Source: Antedon mediterranea (taxonomy: Eukaryota > Animalia > Echinodermata). From it: a stretch of 64,000 bases of DNA. The stretch is from contig NC_092672.1 of assembly GCF_964355755.1 (NCBI RefSeq), forward strand, positions 20,535,237 to 20,599,236. Reading direction: 5' to 3'. The translations under genes and the position numbers were made by a program. Shown in pieces: positions 28,001 through 43,000 of this stretch; the first letter of the stretch is position 1; the number at the start of each line of letters is the position of its first letter. Below the pieces are notes generated by a model, which searched no databases, was not told the DNA's origin, and saw nothing but the letters and a program-made list of their open reading frames with translations.

Positions 28001-31000
28001 AATTAATATTAAGAAGTGATAAAATACAGTAAAAATTATATCAACATGCTTGGTAAATTGTAGATCATGTCAATAAAAGCATTCTAAAATAGATATGAGA
28101 ATTAAAATTAAAATACAATATTTGTGTAGATAATGCATATGTGTGGCGAGGCGTTTATTCGAGGAAATAAATTAACGCCCCATTCGAAAGGTGGTGGGGG
28201 CGTTTATTCCCAATGAAGTTATATGGGGGAGTTTATTCAAAGTGTGGGACGTTTCTTCGGATAAATACGGTAATACGAGATTTGTATGTTCTAAGGTTGT
28301 GTAGAGGGGCGAGGATTTATTAATTTATAATTATGTTGAAGAATCCATGATCGTGAATGGACGAAACTTGGAGTGGTGTAACACCCATGCACGCTCACTG
28401 GCTAAACACAGGGGCCCCGGAGCTCGAGGGGCCCGCAAAAAAAGTATATACAATATATCCAAAGGCAAATTACTGAAAATTCATGCCATGAGTTCTTAAT
28501 AATATAGTATTTCGATTTTGCTTTTATTGTATATAACGTAAGAAATATCTCCATACATTAAAGCCTGTTTTCCTGTCGACGTTATTCGACGCTATCGTCG
28601 TTGATCGTTAACAGTTCAACGACGATCGTTTGAAAACGATCAAGTTGAAATGATAACGATAGCGAGTACCTTTTCCTGTAAATCGTTAACATTTCAATGT
28701 TTACGTAGAAGATCGCCGATCATAACGATAGCGTCGAATAACGTCGACAGGAAACAGGCTTTAGGGAGAGGATGGTTGGGGCAAAGATGCGGTGAGGGTT
28801 GGCAAATCAAAGTGCATGTTGTTGTTATATTCAAGCCGATGGAAAATGTCATCTTATAACGGTAACAAAATCGCCATCTGATGTTGAAATAATTTGAAGT
28901 GAAAATATAACCATTCAATGCACAAGAAAAGAACACAATAATATTGCTATGATATCCTTTCCATAAATTTAATCAAAATATGTACATTTCATTGTTTCGA
29001 AAGACAATTTTTTAAAACTTTTTAAAGATGTTATCAATCTAGCTAAACATACACATTTTATTCGTTTACATTACACTTTCTTTTGTTATGACGCCTAAGC
29101 GCATCAATTGACTGTAGGCATCTCTTCCATGTATCGCCTTGTAATCCATGGGGAATTGGCGAGATTCTGAAGGTGTATTCCCTTACTTTCTGCATTCTGA
29201 TGGGATCTAACTTCTCTGCCCCCCGCATACCCGACGTATTACAACGTACCCGCTCTTCGGTGGTGAAGTAGTACTCCACAAGACACCTGGCAACCTTCCG
29301 ACAATCATCATGATGAGACATGAGTTGTGTCATTATGTTATGTGGTAATTCATCTTGGTTTTGCGGTGGTGGTGGTGGTGGTTGTTGCGCTTGTGGATGT
29401 TGTTGTGCTGGTGGTTGTTCTGTTTCTGTTTGAGGGTGTGGTGGAATTTGTTGTTCTGGTTGTGGTGGTAGTTGTTGTAAATGTGGTTGATGTAGTGGTG
29501 GTCTACTTACAGCCATTTCAATTGTTGCCAGGCGCTGGTGGAGAGATCGCAATTCTTTATCCTGTCTCGCTATTCTGCTATCTTGCGTCTCTATGTGCTC
29601 TTCCAACTGCCGTACTTTGCGTCGTAGATCATCTACGTCTGTTGGTTCTTGGCGATCAAAATCGGCTACTCTCGGAGGTTGCTTGCCGGTTGCGTTTACT
29701 GCGTTGTCCACGAGTTCTTGGAGGATTCCGTCCGCTGCATCCAGGTCGACGTCAAAAAGGTCGTAGTCGAATTCAGTGTCTACTTCCGCTGCCGCAGGCT
29801 GTATTTCGGTCGTATGGAGTACATGAGCCGCCTAAAATAAATTAATAAAAACAAAACATTTCATTTTATAATACAGTTAACCCATAATTAAAATATCAAA
29901 GGGTATATAGCTAATTTTATATTATTGGACGTTGCATGTTATGAATCGCACACCTCTCCTACTCAATATAAATTACCGTCGGACCTACTTAAGTGGCTAG
30001 TTTACCGTGGCGTTATTCATATTGTATATGAACGGTGAATATAACGGTCATGCTGGAACATATTGGATTGCAAGTAGGAAATGGATGTTAAATTGCAATT
30101 CAATTCACATTTATTTACTCATCGTTTATAAATTATTTGTTGATTGGTTGATCTAACGAAACCTGCTGCATTTTCAATTTTGACACCTGTATAATACATG
30201 AATTCGGCTTAACTTATAGTTAATTCCCGAATCGAATCTATATGTCTATTAAATGCTATAGTAGTAGGCCTATAGATTTAAGTGGCGTTTAGATGAGCCC
30301 TCTTCACTTACCGGTTTCTCTACGGAGAGGGTCTTTCGTTTTTTGGTTGTTGGTCCTTGACTAATAATTGGTCGAAGTTGGTAGAAGAAGTGCACACACA
30401 TTCGGGAACACGTACATCTGGATCCGCTAATTTTACACAGTCGCTTCCATCACTGAAGCTCGGAATGAAGATGTTCGTGTCTTGGCAGATCATCGTACCA
30501 AATTCAAGTTCCTTGAAGACTTCTTCAACATTACACTTCACGATAGACTCGGGTGCTACGCCAAATATTTTAAAGCATGGCCTGTTATCGGCAGAAAAAC
30601 GGGTTTTTTAACTCGGTTTGTAATCAAGAAGTTGATTTGGTAATACTGCTCGGTAGTAATCTTCCACAGTATCTCCAGGATGATTTGATCTGTATTGTTG
30701 TCTCATGTTTTTATTTATTTTTTCTAAAAAAAAGGGGGGTCAGGACCCCCGTGACCCCCCCACTGGCTGCGCCCCTGATATAGACAAATTTCAAATTTCA
30801 GTACAAGCTATTTAACTATTTAAAAATAAATATGCCAAGTTATATTTTAATCAATGGATGTAAAATGACTTTGCATTATATAAATGTATTACAATTGTTT
30901 ATAAATTCTTCATTTTTGTAGCACAACTAATATTGACCTTGGTTTATCCTTGTTTCAGTTGGATGGTCCTACCTTTTCAATAGAATTACATTCATTTTCA

Positions 31001-34000
31001 CAGAGTAAATTAAAATTTATCTCCTTTAAAATTAAATTCAATAAACTTTATCCCATAACAATTTTCCTATGAATAAATAGATGGAATTATTCTTAGTTTA
31101 TTGATTTGATTCAAACCAATTTCATACACATTTACACATCCAGAAATATTCTGTTCATTTTACTACTATTATACAATTCATTTATTAGCTTTGTTATGGG
31201 TTTAACAAGCCATAATATAATAGTCAAATTCTGTCTGTCATATAATATAATAGTCAAAGGCAAAAAATGTCTTAATAGGCAAACAATTTCTTATTAATCA
31301 TACATCCTAATAATCTATCCATAATTGTTTCATAATATCACATAATAATTTTGATTTTTATTGTGCTACAATAAAGTTCAAATTACACAGTAAAATCTCT
31401 ATTCTTTTGTACATAAATGATAGAGAGGCACTTTAAACAAAATTGGAAAATAAACGGTGTTGTAAAGAATATTATCAGATAACTATAATATAGGTAATAT
31501 AACGTTACGTTTCTGGTGTTTTTATGGTCAAATTTTTATTTTTGTTTTATTGTTTATTGTGGCTAGAACTACACTGTTTCCTTCGCTAGGCTGATCCTAA
31601 TGCTAATCCTAATGCTCCTAATGTTCACATGATTATCATGGAACGATATGTCCCCCACCTTCAAATGAATAACCTTATTTTTTCTCATAAAACCAAATAA
31701 AGAAAGCACTAGATCAAGCATTTAGTAAAAATTTTATACCTGCATTTTCTTACGCACAACGCCTTTGCACCTACGCTTAGCACCTTCCAATATCATGTGC
31801 AATTACACTTGAGTTATTGTCTTCTTCTTCTAGACTGCAATCATGTTCCCATTTAATACTGAAATATGGAGATTCAATCCTGGAATAGCACCATTCACCA
31901 TCACAACCAAATACGACTTAGCATTTGTTCAACATTATCGACTCCATAACTCAATTAACCATTTAGTAGGTAGCCTAACCAATACGGTTCCTGCCACAAT
32001 CATCCAGTTTATGGGCGCTTGGTCTGTGGCTGTAGCCATTCAGTTTTCCTTAGTCATTTGACTTAACCATTCCCAATTGGCAATTGGCAAGCGTCTATAC
32101 GCAAACAACACTGAGCTACTAAACCGAGGAATCTTAAAATTATCAAAAGTGAGTGGACCCCAAATGGCATTCCAAATAATAGAAAAAATCTCATTCATAA
32201 AAATCTATCTCCCTGCTGAGCAGATCAGCCTCCCAATTGCGCTCTCTATGTACCCATTGGACGTCTCTGAATACATTTTTTCGCAAAGCTCTAAAGCCAA
32301 CTGATTTAAGTCTTCATGAATGCTACTGTACCTTTCCTACAAATTGAAACAACACCTCTGTTATCTGTAAATATTTTAATTTGTTTCTCTTTTAAGTTAG
32401 GAGCAAATGCTTGCAATGCCAATAACACACCTTTCAGTTCTCTCCACGTACAGCTCCTGACTGACTCATGCTGATTCCAGCCGAGACAAACTGCAAACGG
32501 TCATAGACCTCGCTCCACAATTCACTCCACTAGCGTCAGTAAATGTAATTGAATAATCAAAAAAATAGTTTGCTTCCAGAAAAATATCTCCTCAATAACT
32601 AGACCCCCACTCGCCGTAGTAATAAAATGCCACAACTTGAGAAAGGGAAATTATCTTCCCCACTAGCCTCACTAAATCTCTGGACCTACAGTGAGGGAGA
32701 CCCTGATTGACCTCTAATAAACCCAAACCAACCATAGCCAGGTTACAACCGGAACTTAGATCCTATATTGATTTTTTGACGTTTTAACAATGTTAGAGAC
32801 TTTAGTACATGCGGCATGGGAACCTCTCTTACCAACCATCGTCCAAAAATACTAGGATCCAATACATCACTAATGGGCGAAGAACCTTCACCCGTACCTA
32901 AAGAGCCAACAACAACATCGGCAAGGGTTCGAGGCCGACTCGCTCCTATTTCTGGTGGTGGAACAAGTCTTCTCGGATAAGGACTATAAACCGTAGGTCC
33001 AGTGTACACAGTTATAACCTGTGTGTACTTTAAAGAACCCAGTTCATTATTCGAAAAAGAGTAGTGGGTTACCCCGGTGAACTGGTTCACACAATAGCCC
33101 CTGTATCAGGAGGATTAGCACCTACTGTATCTGATAGGACAGTGATTAATTCACTATTGGTAATCCTTGGCCACATTGCCTAAAGACATAAAATAAAATA
33201 AAATAAATAAAATAATAAATAACCTTTGTAAAATCCTTGAATACGATAAATGGTTGAATCAAGACTATTCCACTTATATTTGGGGTAAAACATTATTTTT
33301 TTGTTTAAAATAATTGCCAAACTCTGCAATCCTCCAAAAACATAGCAAACCTCATTTAACCAACATAAAAGTGATTGAATCAGTAGTGCACAACTCACTT
33401 GGTTTGTCAATTAAAAAAAACAATTTAAATATATTTTTTGTTTAACTAATTATTTTGCCATAAAGCATTATTGTTTGGTTTAAAAAAATAATTGCTAAAC
33501 CTTCACTCTTGGATTAAAGGGGACGTAATTACCAGCCCAAACAATGTTACAGTACTGTATAATTAAAACATTTTATTTTAATTTCTTTAGAATACTAATA
33601 TATTTAGATATTTTATTTGATAAAAATTGTTGGCAGCCAATAATCCAATTAAAAGACCAAGGAATGATACTTCACTTATTAATGTAAGTTTATATCTAAT
33701 ACAATTTGTTTTAGCCGTATTAATTAATAATTGGTTTGTAGTGAACCATTCACTAGCTTACTTAACTCTAAACTTAGTAAAAATTCAACAAGAAATCAAT
33801 ATTGTTATTAAAATAAAATAAAGTTGTACTGTATCATCTGCATAAAAAAAGGTTGTCTGGAAGATTTACTAATTATTAATTTTAAATAATGATTTCGGTC
33901 TGTAAAATAGCTTTAAACCAATCTAAGAAAAATACCATAGCGAAACAACTTGAAAATATCATGGTTAACAACATCAAAATGTTTTGATAAATCTATAAAA

Positions 34001-37000
34001 GTACTTCATAAAATTAATTGTTTTCAAATGCAGTATTAACAGAATTAGTGAGTTCAAGAAAAGTATGTCAAAAGTGGTATTGTATGCATACATTTTCATT
34101 ATTTCTTGAAAAAAATTGGTAAAATTAAGATTGGTATAAAACTATCCGTTTTTAAATACAGGATTTACTTTTCATATGATTAGGTACAGAACCCATCATG
34201 AATGATTAATTAATGGCATGAGATGGCTTATAATAATGGAGAAACCTTTTTCTGAACCTTTACTAGAATCCAAATTATTAATTATATTAAGCACTTCTGT
34301 TTCAAATATAAATGAGAGGCTATATGGGAGGTGGTAATTAAGAGATTAGATCTTTGGTATTTTAGGAATATAGAATTACAGAGTTTTACAAATTTATGAA
34401 AAATAATCACAAAATTCTGGCTAATTAGGTTTGTATCATAAAAATATTCATGTTAAACATGAGGTGTATTTCTACTTTCTTTACCAGGATTAATTACACA
34501 ATGTATTACTTCTCATTTGTTATGTTACATTAATTAATCTGATTGAATTTAGTTTCGTAGCATTTTTTTTTTTTTAATTTAACAGTGCAGTAATAATGTT
34601 CATAACAGTTGTATTAAATACATTATGTGTATGACAAAGATGGTGATTTGTTTAGAAGGATTTCTGAATCATAAACATTACACATTGTACATTGTACCTA
34701 CCTACTGTAAGTCATTACCAACATAGTATGTTTAAAGATTACTATTTTTAATAATTTTCCTTCATTAAATGCTTTTTCTGGATGTCGACAGCCGGCATAA
34801 AATGTTGTTGCCTTCATAGCCTTAGCTTTTCGAATCACAATGGATCTTTGCGGCCTATAAATGATAATGTGTCTTGGGCATAGATCTTCACCTCAATTTT
34901 TCTAGTTCAGTGTACATTTTCAATCGAAATATTATTTAAGCCAAGATCAGTTTTAAATATGTCCTTTACAAGGTGCATTTGATCTTTTCCTTGATGTCAC
35001 CAAATCATAGGTTGTAGCTTCTTAAATGCCTTTCAACTCGTAGCAAATTCAGCTTCCATGTAGCTATTGTATCCTGTTTAGATTTAATGTTTCACACATT
35101 CATGTCAAACTATCCGTTGTAGCTTTAAATTTATCCTTAGTTTTACTTTGAAGTTCCATAACATTTCTGTTTAGCAATGCTTGTTAGCCTTGCTTTAGTG
35201 ATGCTCTTTCGTTGTCAATCCTACTATTTATGTCAGCTGCTAAGCTACTCATTTCACCACTCAATGCATTCATTCAACATTTTTTTATTCATAGCGTGTT
35301 CAGTAGGCTCAGTTTTTATACCTATACTATGAATTCGTGTTTTTCTTGTATTCATAGTTCAAGATAAAGCACTATTAATTGGTTATGAATACTCCTAGGC
35401 TTATATTCTTAGTAAAATGTAATACTTGCAGAATGATCAACTGTTGGGAATTAAATATTATACAGAGCATAGTATGTCTTCACTCAGAGATGTCCATAGC
35501 ACTTTAATTTTACTGTAAATAAGAATTTGAGTTCTCTACACTAAGGTTATTCACATGACAGTATGTAATAGTGATATGTAAAAGGAATTTAATAATTAAT
35601 CATAATCATCAGAAATAGAACAATTTATTTAATTAATTCAAATTGTTCAATATAATTTAAAATATTTAATATTCCTGGAGTATTATCACAAATAGATAAT
35701 CATTTCAATTTGTAGCATTCAAAATACAGTAGGAGGGTTTGTTTATAATTTTATAATTGTATTACTTGATGGGTTGGCACCCAAACATTTTTAATTTTTT
35801 TTACTCCATCTTTGGTATTTAATTGCATTCTTTGAAAATTACCTTTTTGTCAATGAGCTTGCCTGAATCTTCGACTGTCTGGTGTTTTCAATTCTCCTTC
35901 TCCTTTTTATTATATATTGTATTTTCATCTTCTTCCCAACTTTTTTATTATTTTTTTTCAGGGAGCCTAGGCGTAAAGTTTTTCAACTTATATAGGTTTC
36001 CTTCTACTCATACTATGTTTTTTATTGGTTATTATTAAGTGTTTATATAATTATTATTTTATGTATTTTTAATAATATGTATGGAGAACATTTATTGAAT
36101 ATTTATTGAAAATTGATTAAACAAATCAAATCAAATAAAACAAATCATAATATAATTTTGTGTATATGCTAAAAATGCATGTAAACAACTCACATGCTGT
36201 ATACGAATACCATTGGGCTACTGGTTTAAATTTTGGTTGATATCTAGTAAGACTAATAATACAATTAATGTGCATTACTAGAGTAAACTAAGCTAGTGGC
36301 ATGTTTTGAAATTAAAATGACCATTTTGATTAACTGGCATTACATAAATGAAAGTGAAACTATTGTTTAATAGTGAGTACAGGTATTCTTTAAACGAATA
36401 GAGTTAGCCTAGGCCTCTAGGCTTATAATACATAGCAGACAATATTTTTGTGAATAGAATAAATAAATAAAAATACTTTTGTCTTTTTCTAATTGGACAT
36501 TTGGATTAATCATAAATACAACAGTTCTGACTACATTAGGTGTCCTGTAAAATCAATTCATTTTTTTTTCTGTGGCTTAGACATTTTTTCATTCATACTT
36601 CAAATTTTGTAAGAATTGTCAGGATATCATGTCATGCAACATGTAAATATTGCTGTTTTTGGACATGACATCATAACTCAGGTTTTCATAGCCATACAGC
36701 AAAGACTCTCCTAATATTAACCACTAGCAATTATACCCGCCCCAGGGCGGGTTTCAAAATTAGTTTAAAGCCTTCTCAACACCCGACGCCAGTATCTGTC
36801 TATATACTCACCAATCTCCACCCTTCTTCAATACCACCCCATACTCTTTTTTAAAAACAAATTCTTCCCAGTGATGGACAAATTCAATTCAACGTAAGCT
36901 TCAAATTGAGAGGAGTATACATAGCTATGATGGGTCTAATAATGGTTGAAGTACGTTGTAAATTGTGTAAATGAATAGGTGTCATATTGGCTGATAATTA

Positions 37001-40000
37001 AAATATCTAATTTAGATACTGCGGGGCCCCAGCCTTCTTTCTCCTCTCACCACCCCAGCCACAATCAACAAACCTTAACTCCTCCCCTGGACAGTTCAAA
37101 TATAGTACTTTTCCTAGTACAATTCCAAGCATATAGGCTACTTCATCATGGAGGGCGACATTTAAGTTTATCTAAATTGTGTGCACAATAAAAAGAAGTT
37201 TGCTATTCATTTTGTATAACAAACACATGGAATATTTTAAAACACATTTTGTTTTTATTGTTCACTAATCGTTGTATACTTTATTGTTTTATAGCATTGC
37301 TATGTTTTAATATTGTTGGTGTTCCACTTTAGTGCTTGTTGACAATTAGGCTTAAATATAGCTGTTACTGTGTGCAAAACAATATCAGTTTTTTTGTAGC
37401 AACAGTGTACAGTTATATGCTCTAATTTAAAATATAATCTTTAATGTGTATTATTATCAATACATATTGCTATATATACGTTATGTTTTTTCACGCTATG
37501 GTCATAAATTTCCATTTGAAATACTTTATAAAACATTTACAATAGTGCCTTGACCATTATTTAATTAATATTATTTTTTTAAACAGTATTTAATCAAAAG
37601 GTGTATTGTCCCAAAATCATGAAAAATGAAGATTAATTAAATCAGATTTTGAATATGTTTTGTAGGGTTTTAATAAAGTAACTGTAATCACTTCCGTAGA
37701 AAAAAAAAATGTTTTCATGGTTAAATTCAACCAAAAACCCATTGGCTGGAAGCCAATTTGAACATTTTTTCATAAAAATATTTAATTTAAAATTTTTTCA
37801 GGTATATACATTTTTTTGGATCAAATTTTTGGTCTAAATGGCACTTTCAACAAAAATTTTAAAAGTGCAATTTTCACAAATTTGTTTTTTAGACAAGTCA
37901 CATAAAAATGCCCCCATGATCCCTGTGTATTATAATGATCAAAGATGCTAGTTGTACTGAATATTTTAGTAATGGCATGTTTTATTCATCATTTTTAGTA
38001 ATGCATTTTGCCATACTCTCTTTTATTGTCAACACACTACCAACTCCGTCCACCACCTCCTCATCATTAAATAGTGAAGAGCAATGATATTAAAGGATGT
38101 AATATAGACCCATATTAGACCCATTTTTAGTTTGTGCTTATTTTTTCCATAATACAATACAAGGGCCTATACATTTTATATTACACAGTGCCCTCACTCA
38201 TCATTTATTTCTTTTTTTGTTCACACTTTTAGTACCAGTGTACTGTTCAATAAAGGCCAACAAATCTGTAAAAAATTTAAGTAAATTTAATTTTTAGACC
38301 TTTTTTACGAAACACATTTTAATTGAAATAGCATTTAAAATAAAAGAAAAACAATTACCAGCATTAAACTAGAAGATGATTTCATTTCATTATTCGGTCT
38401 ATTTCAGTATATGCATTAAAAAGCCCTGAAGTTGGGGAGACCAGGGTCAACCTACAGTAATTAGTGAACTTAATCACTGAGCTATACGGTAATATTTGTT
38501 GTCTTAGTCTAATTTGGCATTTTTAGTCATGTGCAAATGAGACTCTATAGCTCACTATGTCGGTCGGTAGGTCGGTCGGTAAACACTAACTCAAATTTGC
38601 GCATGTGACTGCAGCCATGTATATGGCCTTGTTAATCATCTATTTAAATAATAATAAATACAACATAGTATAAAACTGACTCCAAATAACGAGAGGCAAG
38701 CCATGATTCAACGTTTCGATCTTTATTTTATCATCATCAGGAATGATTACAAAATGTAAGCATTATTATTATTATGGAATGTTTTATTAAATAGGTAACA
38801 GCAGTGAGCACCAGTGCTGTGCACAGTCTGTAGTATAATTAAAATGATTCCATCTTCTATCATTGTTATATTTATTCATCTTCTTCTTCATTATAAGACA
38901 ATAACAAACAAACTCGTTTAAATATAAATCTACACACTGTAATGTTGGTGTTGCTACAGTTTTCATATTTTAGAACAATGACAGATTATCAATGCTTACT
39001 TTATAGCATTCATTCAAGTATAAGCAATAATGTCAACAGTATACTATTTGAAAATCACAATATAAAAAGATCAACTTTAATCATTTTGTAAAGCTTAATA
39101 TTTGTTTATACATTATTTTAAATTCAAACTGTTATTTATCCACAAAATATCAAAGATTAAAAATAAACTTGTTTCAAAAATGAAAAAAAATTTAAAACAG
39201 TGATCGTGCCTTTAGTTGCACGGTCATTAAGTGACACTATTTTAACTAAAATAACTAACTTAAATTTAAAGTTTAGTTAGCAAAGTTCAAAAAGATGAAT
39301 TAAAACACCTAATAAAAACCTTAAAAAGAGGCTACGAGGATGCTTGTTTTTCTTGTCTTACCATTATTGAATAAATGTTATTGAATTGAAATTAAATTGA
39401 ATTGAATTCACAGCCTACACATACTATATAAAAAGACAAAATATGATGTTTTAATTAAGTTTGACTAAAAATGAAAAACTACAATGTGTATTCCCTTTGC
39501 GTACTGATCAGCCATTTTTTATTGTTGCAAGGTTTCAAAATGATGCAATGAACTTTACTCCGTCCATTGGATTGAATGTTAAATCAACCAAATATAAGTC
39601 CTGATAATGAACAGAACAGAGTATGCTCAGTATACTGTACATAAGCATGTGCAGATTAATATTTTGTGTAGATTACCGTATCCTTTCATCTACCGTCCCC
39701 CTTCGTCTACCGTCCTGTCATAAAGTCACTAGTAGGTTTTATTGTAAATTAACAGCAACAGCTAATATTAAATAGTAGTACTAATCATTGTCAGTATTTT
39801 CATTTTATTGTTAATTAATAGTCAACAGATACCTCTTAGAATCAGTCAGTCATACATTCTACTCATCCACGCTTTAACAAAAATTTGGGACTTTTAAACT
39901 GTTTTTCTTTGCATCATATATATTCATTTATGAGTGACAATTTTATACTTATAGTTTCATTCTACTGTAAAACAATAATACTCTCATTGTCATTACATTC

Positions 40001-43000
40001 AGCCTCTTACATTAACATTCAAATTAATTCAGAATAAATACATTTGAATGATGAAGCCTAAAAAAACCAGAATAACTAAAATACAAATAAATTGGTATAT
40101 TTCTATACTATTGTACCTTATAACACAAGAATCTCCTGTTCGTTCGAAGCGCGTAACAATTTCGAAAGGCATTGTGAGATAGAATAGAGCTAATGGGCGC
40201 CCTCATCTAATTAAAAAGTCAAAATCATAGAGGGAATCTGCTAATACTATAGGAGGGATAGAGTAATTGACTGAGCCCTCTATAGGAATTAATAGTTTTG
40301 ACTTCCTAGTTTGGAGGGGGCGCTGCTCCATGCTGTGAAATGGCATCGCCCAGTTTGACCTTTTAACCCTGTACTTCCGATACTGTATTTTGAATGCAAA
40401 TTGAAGAACAGGAGATTCTTGTGTTATCAGTTCTTTGCTTTGATGGAGATGATGATACATAAAACTGTTATAAAGCCTATCAAACATACAGTAGTAAGTC
40501 AACCAGAAATAAAACTTGGTTTACTAAAGCTTTGATTGTCAACACAATGTAGGCGCTGCGCAAGTGCGTTGACCAATAACAAGCAACAGTTCGGATAATC
40601 CATAACATTGTGATTGGTCAATTTGCTTGATTTAATTCACACAAAAATTGGATAGACTACAGACAAATGGACAGACTAAATGTTGGGACAAACAAACTTA
40701 TTACATGCAATTATTACTCAGTAATCACCTCTGTAGTCCCATGGGTTTTCTTTTAAATAGTTATTGATTACAGTGCCTTAAAATATTCTTTAAATAATAA
40801 TTGTGTAAATGAATTTGACCAGAACCTTTACCATGCCAACCCATATCAATACTTTGAGTTACAATTGTAGATAATATATTGATATTCATTTGTAGCTATA
40901 CACTAGGCTTCATTATCTTAAGATTATTAGAGTATGCGTAACAGCAGTTGACCATATGCACTGTTTATATTTTGTGTGGTGAAACGAGTACAGGGGTAGG
41001 CCTATAGCTACAGCACTATCTATAAATTATGGTTAATTCTGACATAGGCGAGCACAATGCAAAAACTTCGGTACAAATCTCCGCCTTGGATACCTACCTT
41101 ATCTATCTGAGAGGTACCGCGAAACGTAGATTTGATAACATTAGTGTTCACAGCGACGCTATTGTTCCATATTTCTATCTTAGGAAGATGTTATAATGTT
41201 AGAATGGTCATATCAGTAGTATTTTGATTATTTATACTACTATAACAATATATGTTCACATTTTGTAGTAATACACTACCAACATGTATAGATAGTATTT
41301 ACAATACCCATCTGAATAATTATACTACACCTTAATCTGAATACCTTATCCAACCTGAATACAGCATTTATACAGCGAATACTGTTTTGTAGTTTCATTC
41401 CATAAAACCATAATTTAACATCAAATAAATAGTCATAAAATTAAAATTAAATCTTCTTTATTTTAATAGATTCATCCCTTTGTTTTCTTTTGAAAAAGAT
41501 TTTAATACACCAAAAAAAAAATAAAAAAATAAAAAAATAAACATCTACCCTGTATGTGATGATACACATGGGGTCAAATCATTTTTCTATTCGACCTATT
41601 CGCTAGGACAGAATAATCTGGATTTTTTTTTTTACATTAATCCAAGTTAATCAACTACCACACTTTATTTCAAAAGATAACATTTTTTAGCATAATTATT
41701 TTTTTTGTAAAATGGCTGCATAATTAGTTATCCACACCTTGGCGGATAACTCCTTGTGATTGTATAAAATGATCATCAACTTTTTTTATCTGTATTATTC
41801 TTCTTTCATTCCACATTTCATAACTTTGTAAAGTTGTGCACCTACTATTTTTTAAAAACGTCAGAGTTGCGCAACATGACTTTTGCCCGATTTTATGAAT
41901 TTAAATGATTGATCATAGATCAAAAAACCAAACGTCATTTTGTATTGACACTTTTTTAATTTAAGTCATATCAAGAGTCAACTTTCTATGGATTAAAAAT
42001 GGCATGTTTCACAAAGTTACGCGCACAAGATTTCTTACAACCAACACCTGCACTTGCTGTAACTTAATGCGTATTCTCAGTTTGTGAACTTAATTCTCTT
42101 GAATTTTTCATTATTTAAGGCTTAAAAGAATTGAAAAGTCAATAACCATATCAACTTTTATTTTAATGACTTAGTGATTTTGATTTTAAATGCATTATGG
42201 CTACTCATACATGCTGATTGCCTTCTTAACCCTATTTCACATTGACTATTCTTTTTATTGTACAAGTTACTAAATGTTTTAGTTTACTTAATTCACTTCC
42301 CACAACCTTAATCAATAATCACCTTTACACATTTCAATATAAATTTACCTCCTGGTTCATCTTGTTTTTCATCACTGTTTTATGTATGTTTACGTTTTTT
42401 CCCCTTGTACTCTATACGCACAAACATACTTTACCTATTATATTATTCTTAATGTATATATAGTATAAGCCCTTAGAGTAATTTATAATTCTTCCGTAAG
42501 CTTCCTAATTACATGTAAAAATAATAAAAGCGTCACATTTTGTATCTTATTTGTTTTGTGTATTTCAGTTATTTTTTTGTACTGTACGGTAATTATTAAT
42601 TTAAATAATAATATTTATTATTTGCATATCTACGGACGTACCATCATTTTCAAAATTCTTTTCAATTTAATATGTTCTATCAATACTTTTGAATTCATAA
42701 ATAAAGTGTATTTGCTTTTTGAACTTCAGATTAAGGACGATACCTAAAACTTACAAGTGTATTTAAAATATACAGTAGTGCAAAATATTCTGTATTTATT
42801 TTTGTTACAATGAAAGTTACTGACCGCAAACATTCATGCATAGCCTACTTATAATAAGCATTTAGCCTACCAGACGTATATGTTGAACTTTCTTTCAATC
42901 CTTTGTATATCAATGGATTAAAACATAGAAAATGAGACTTCAATTGCAACTCTTGCATATAAGTTTAACTACGTCAACGTCGGTGAGGTTGAAATCTGTT

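Noticed and set aside
29327-29845. 172-aa Val-rich + strand ORF
   Set aside because: Antisense shadow of the Pro/Gln codons of the BEN gene.
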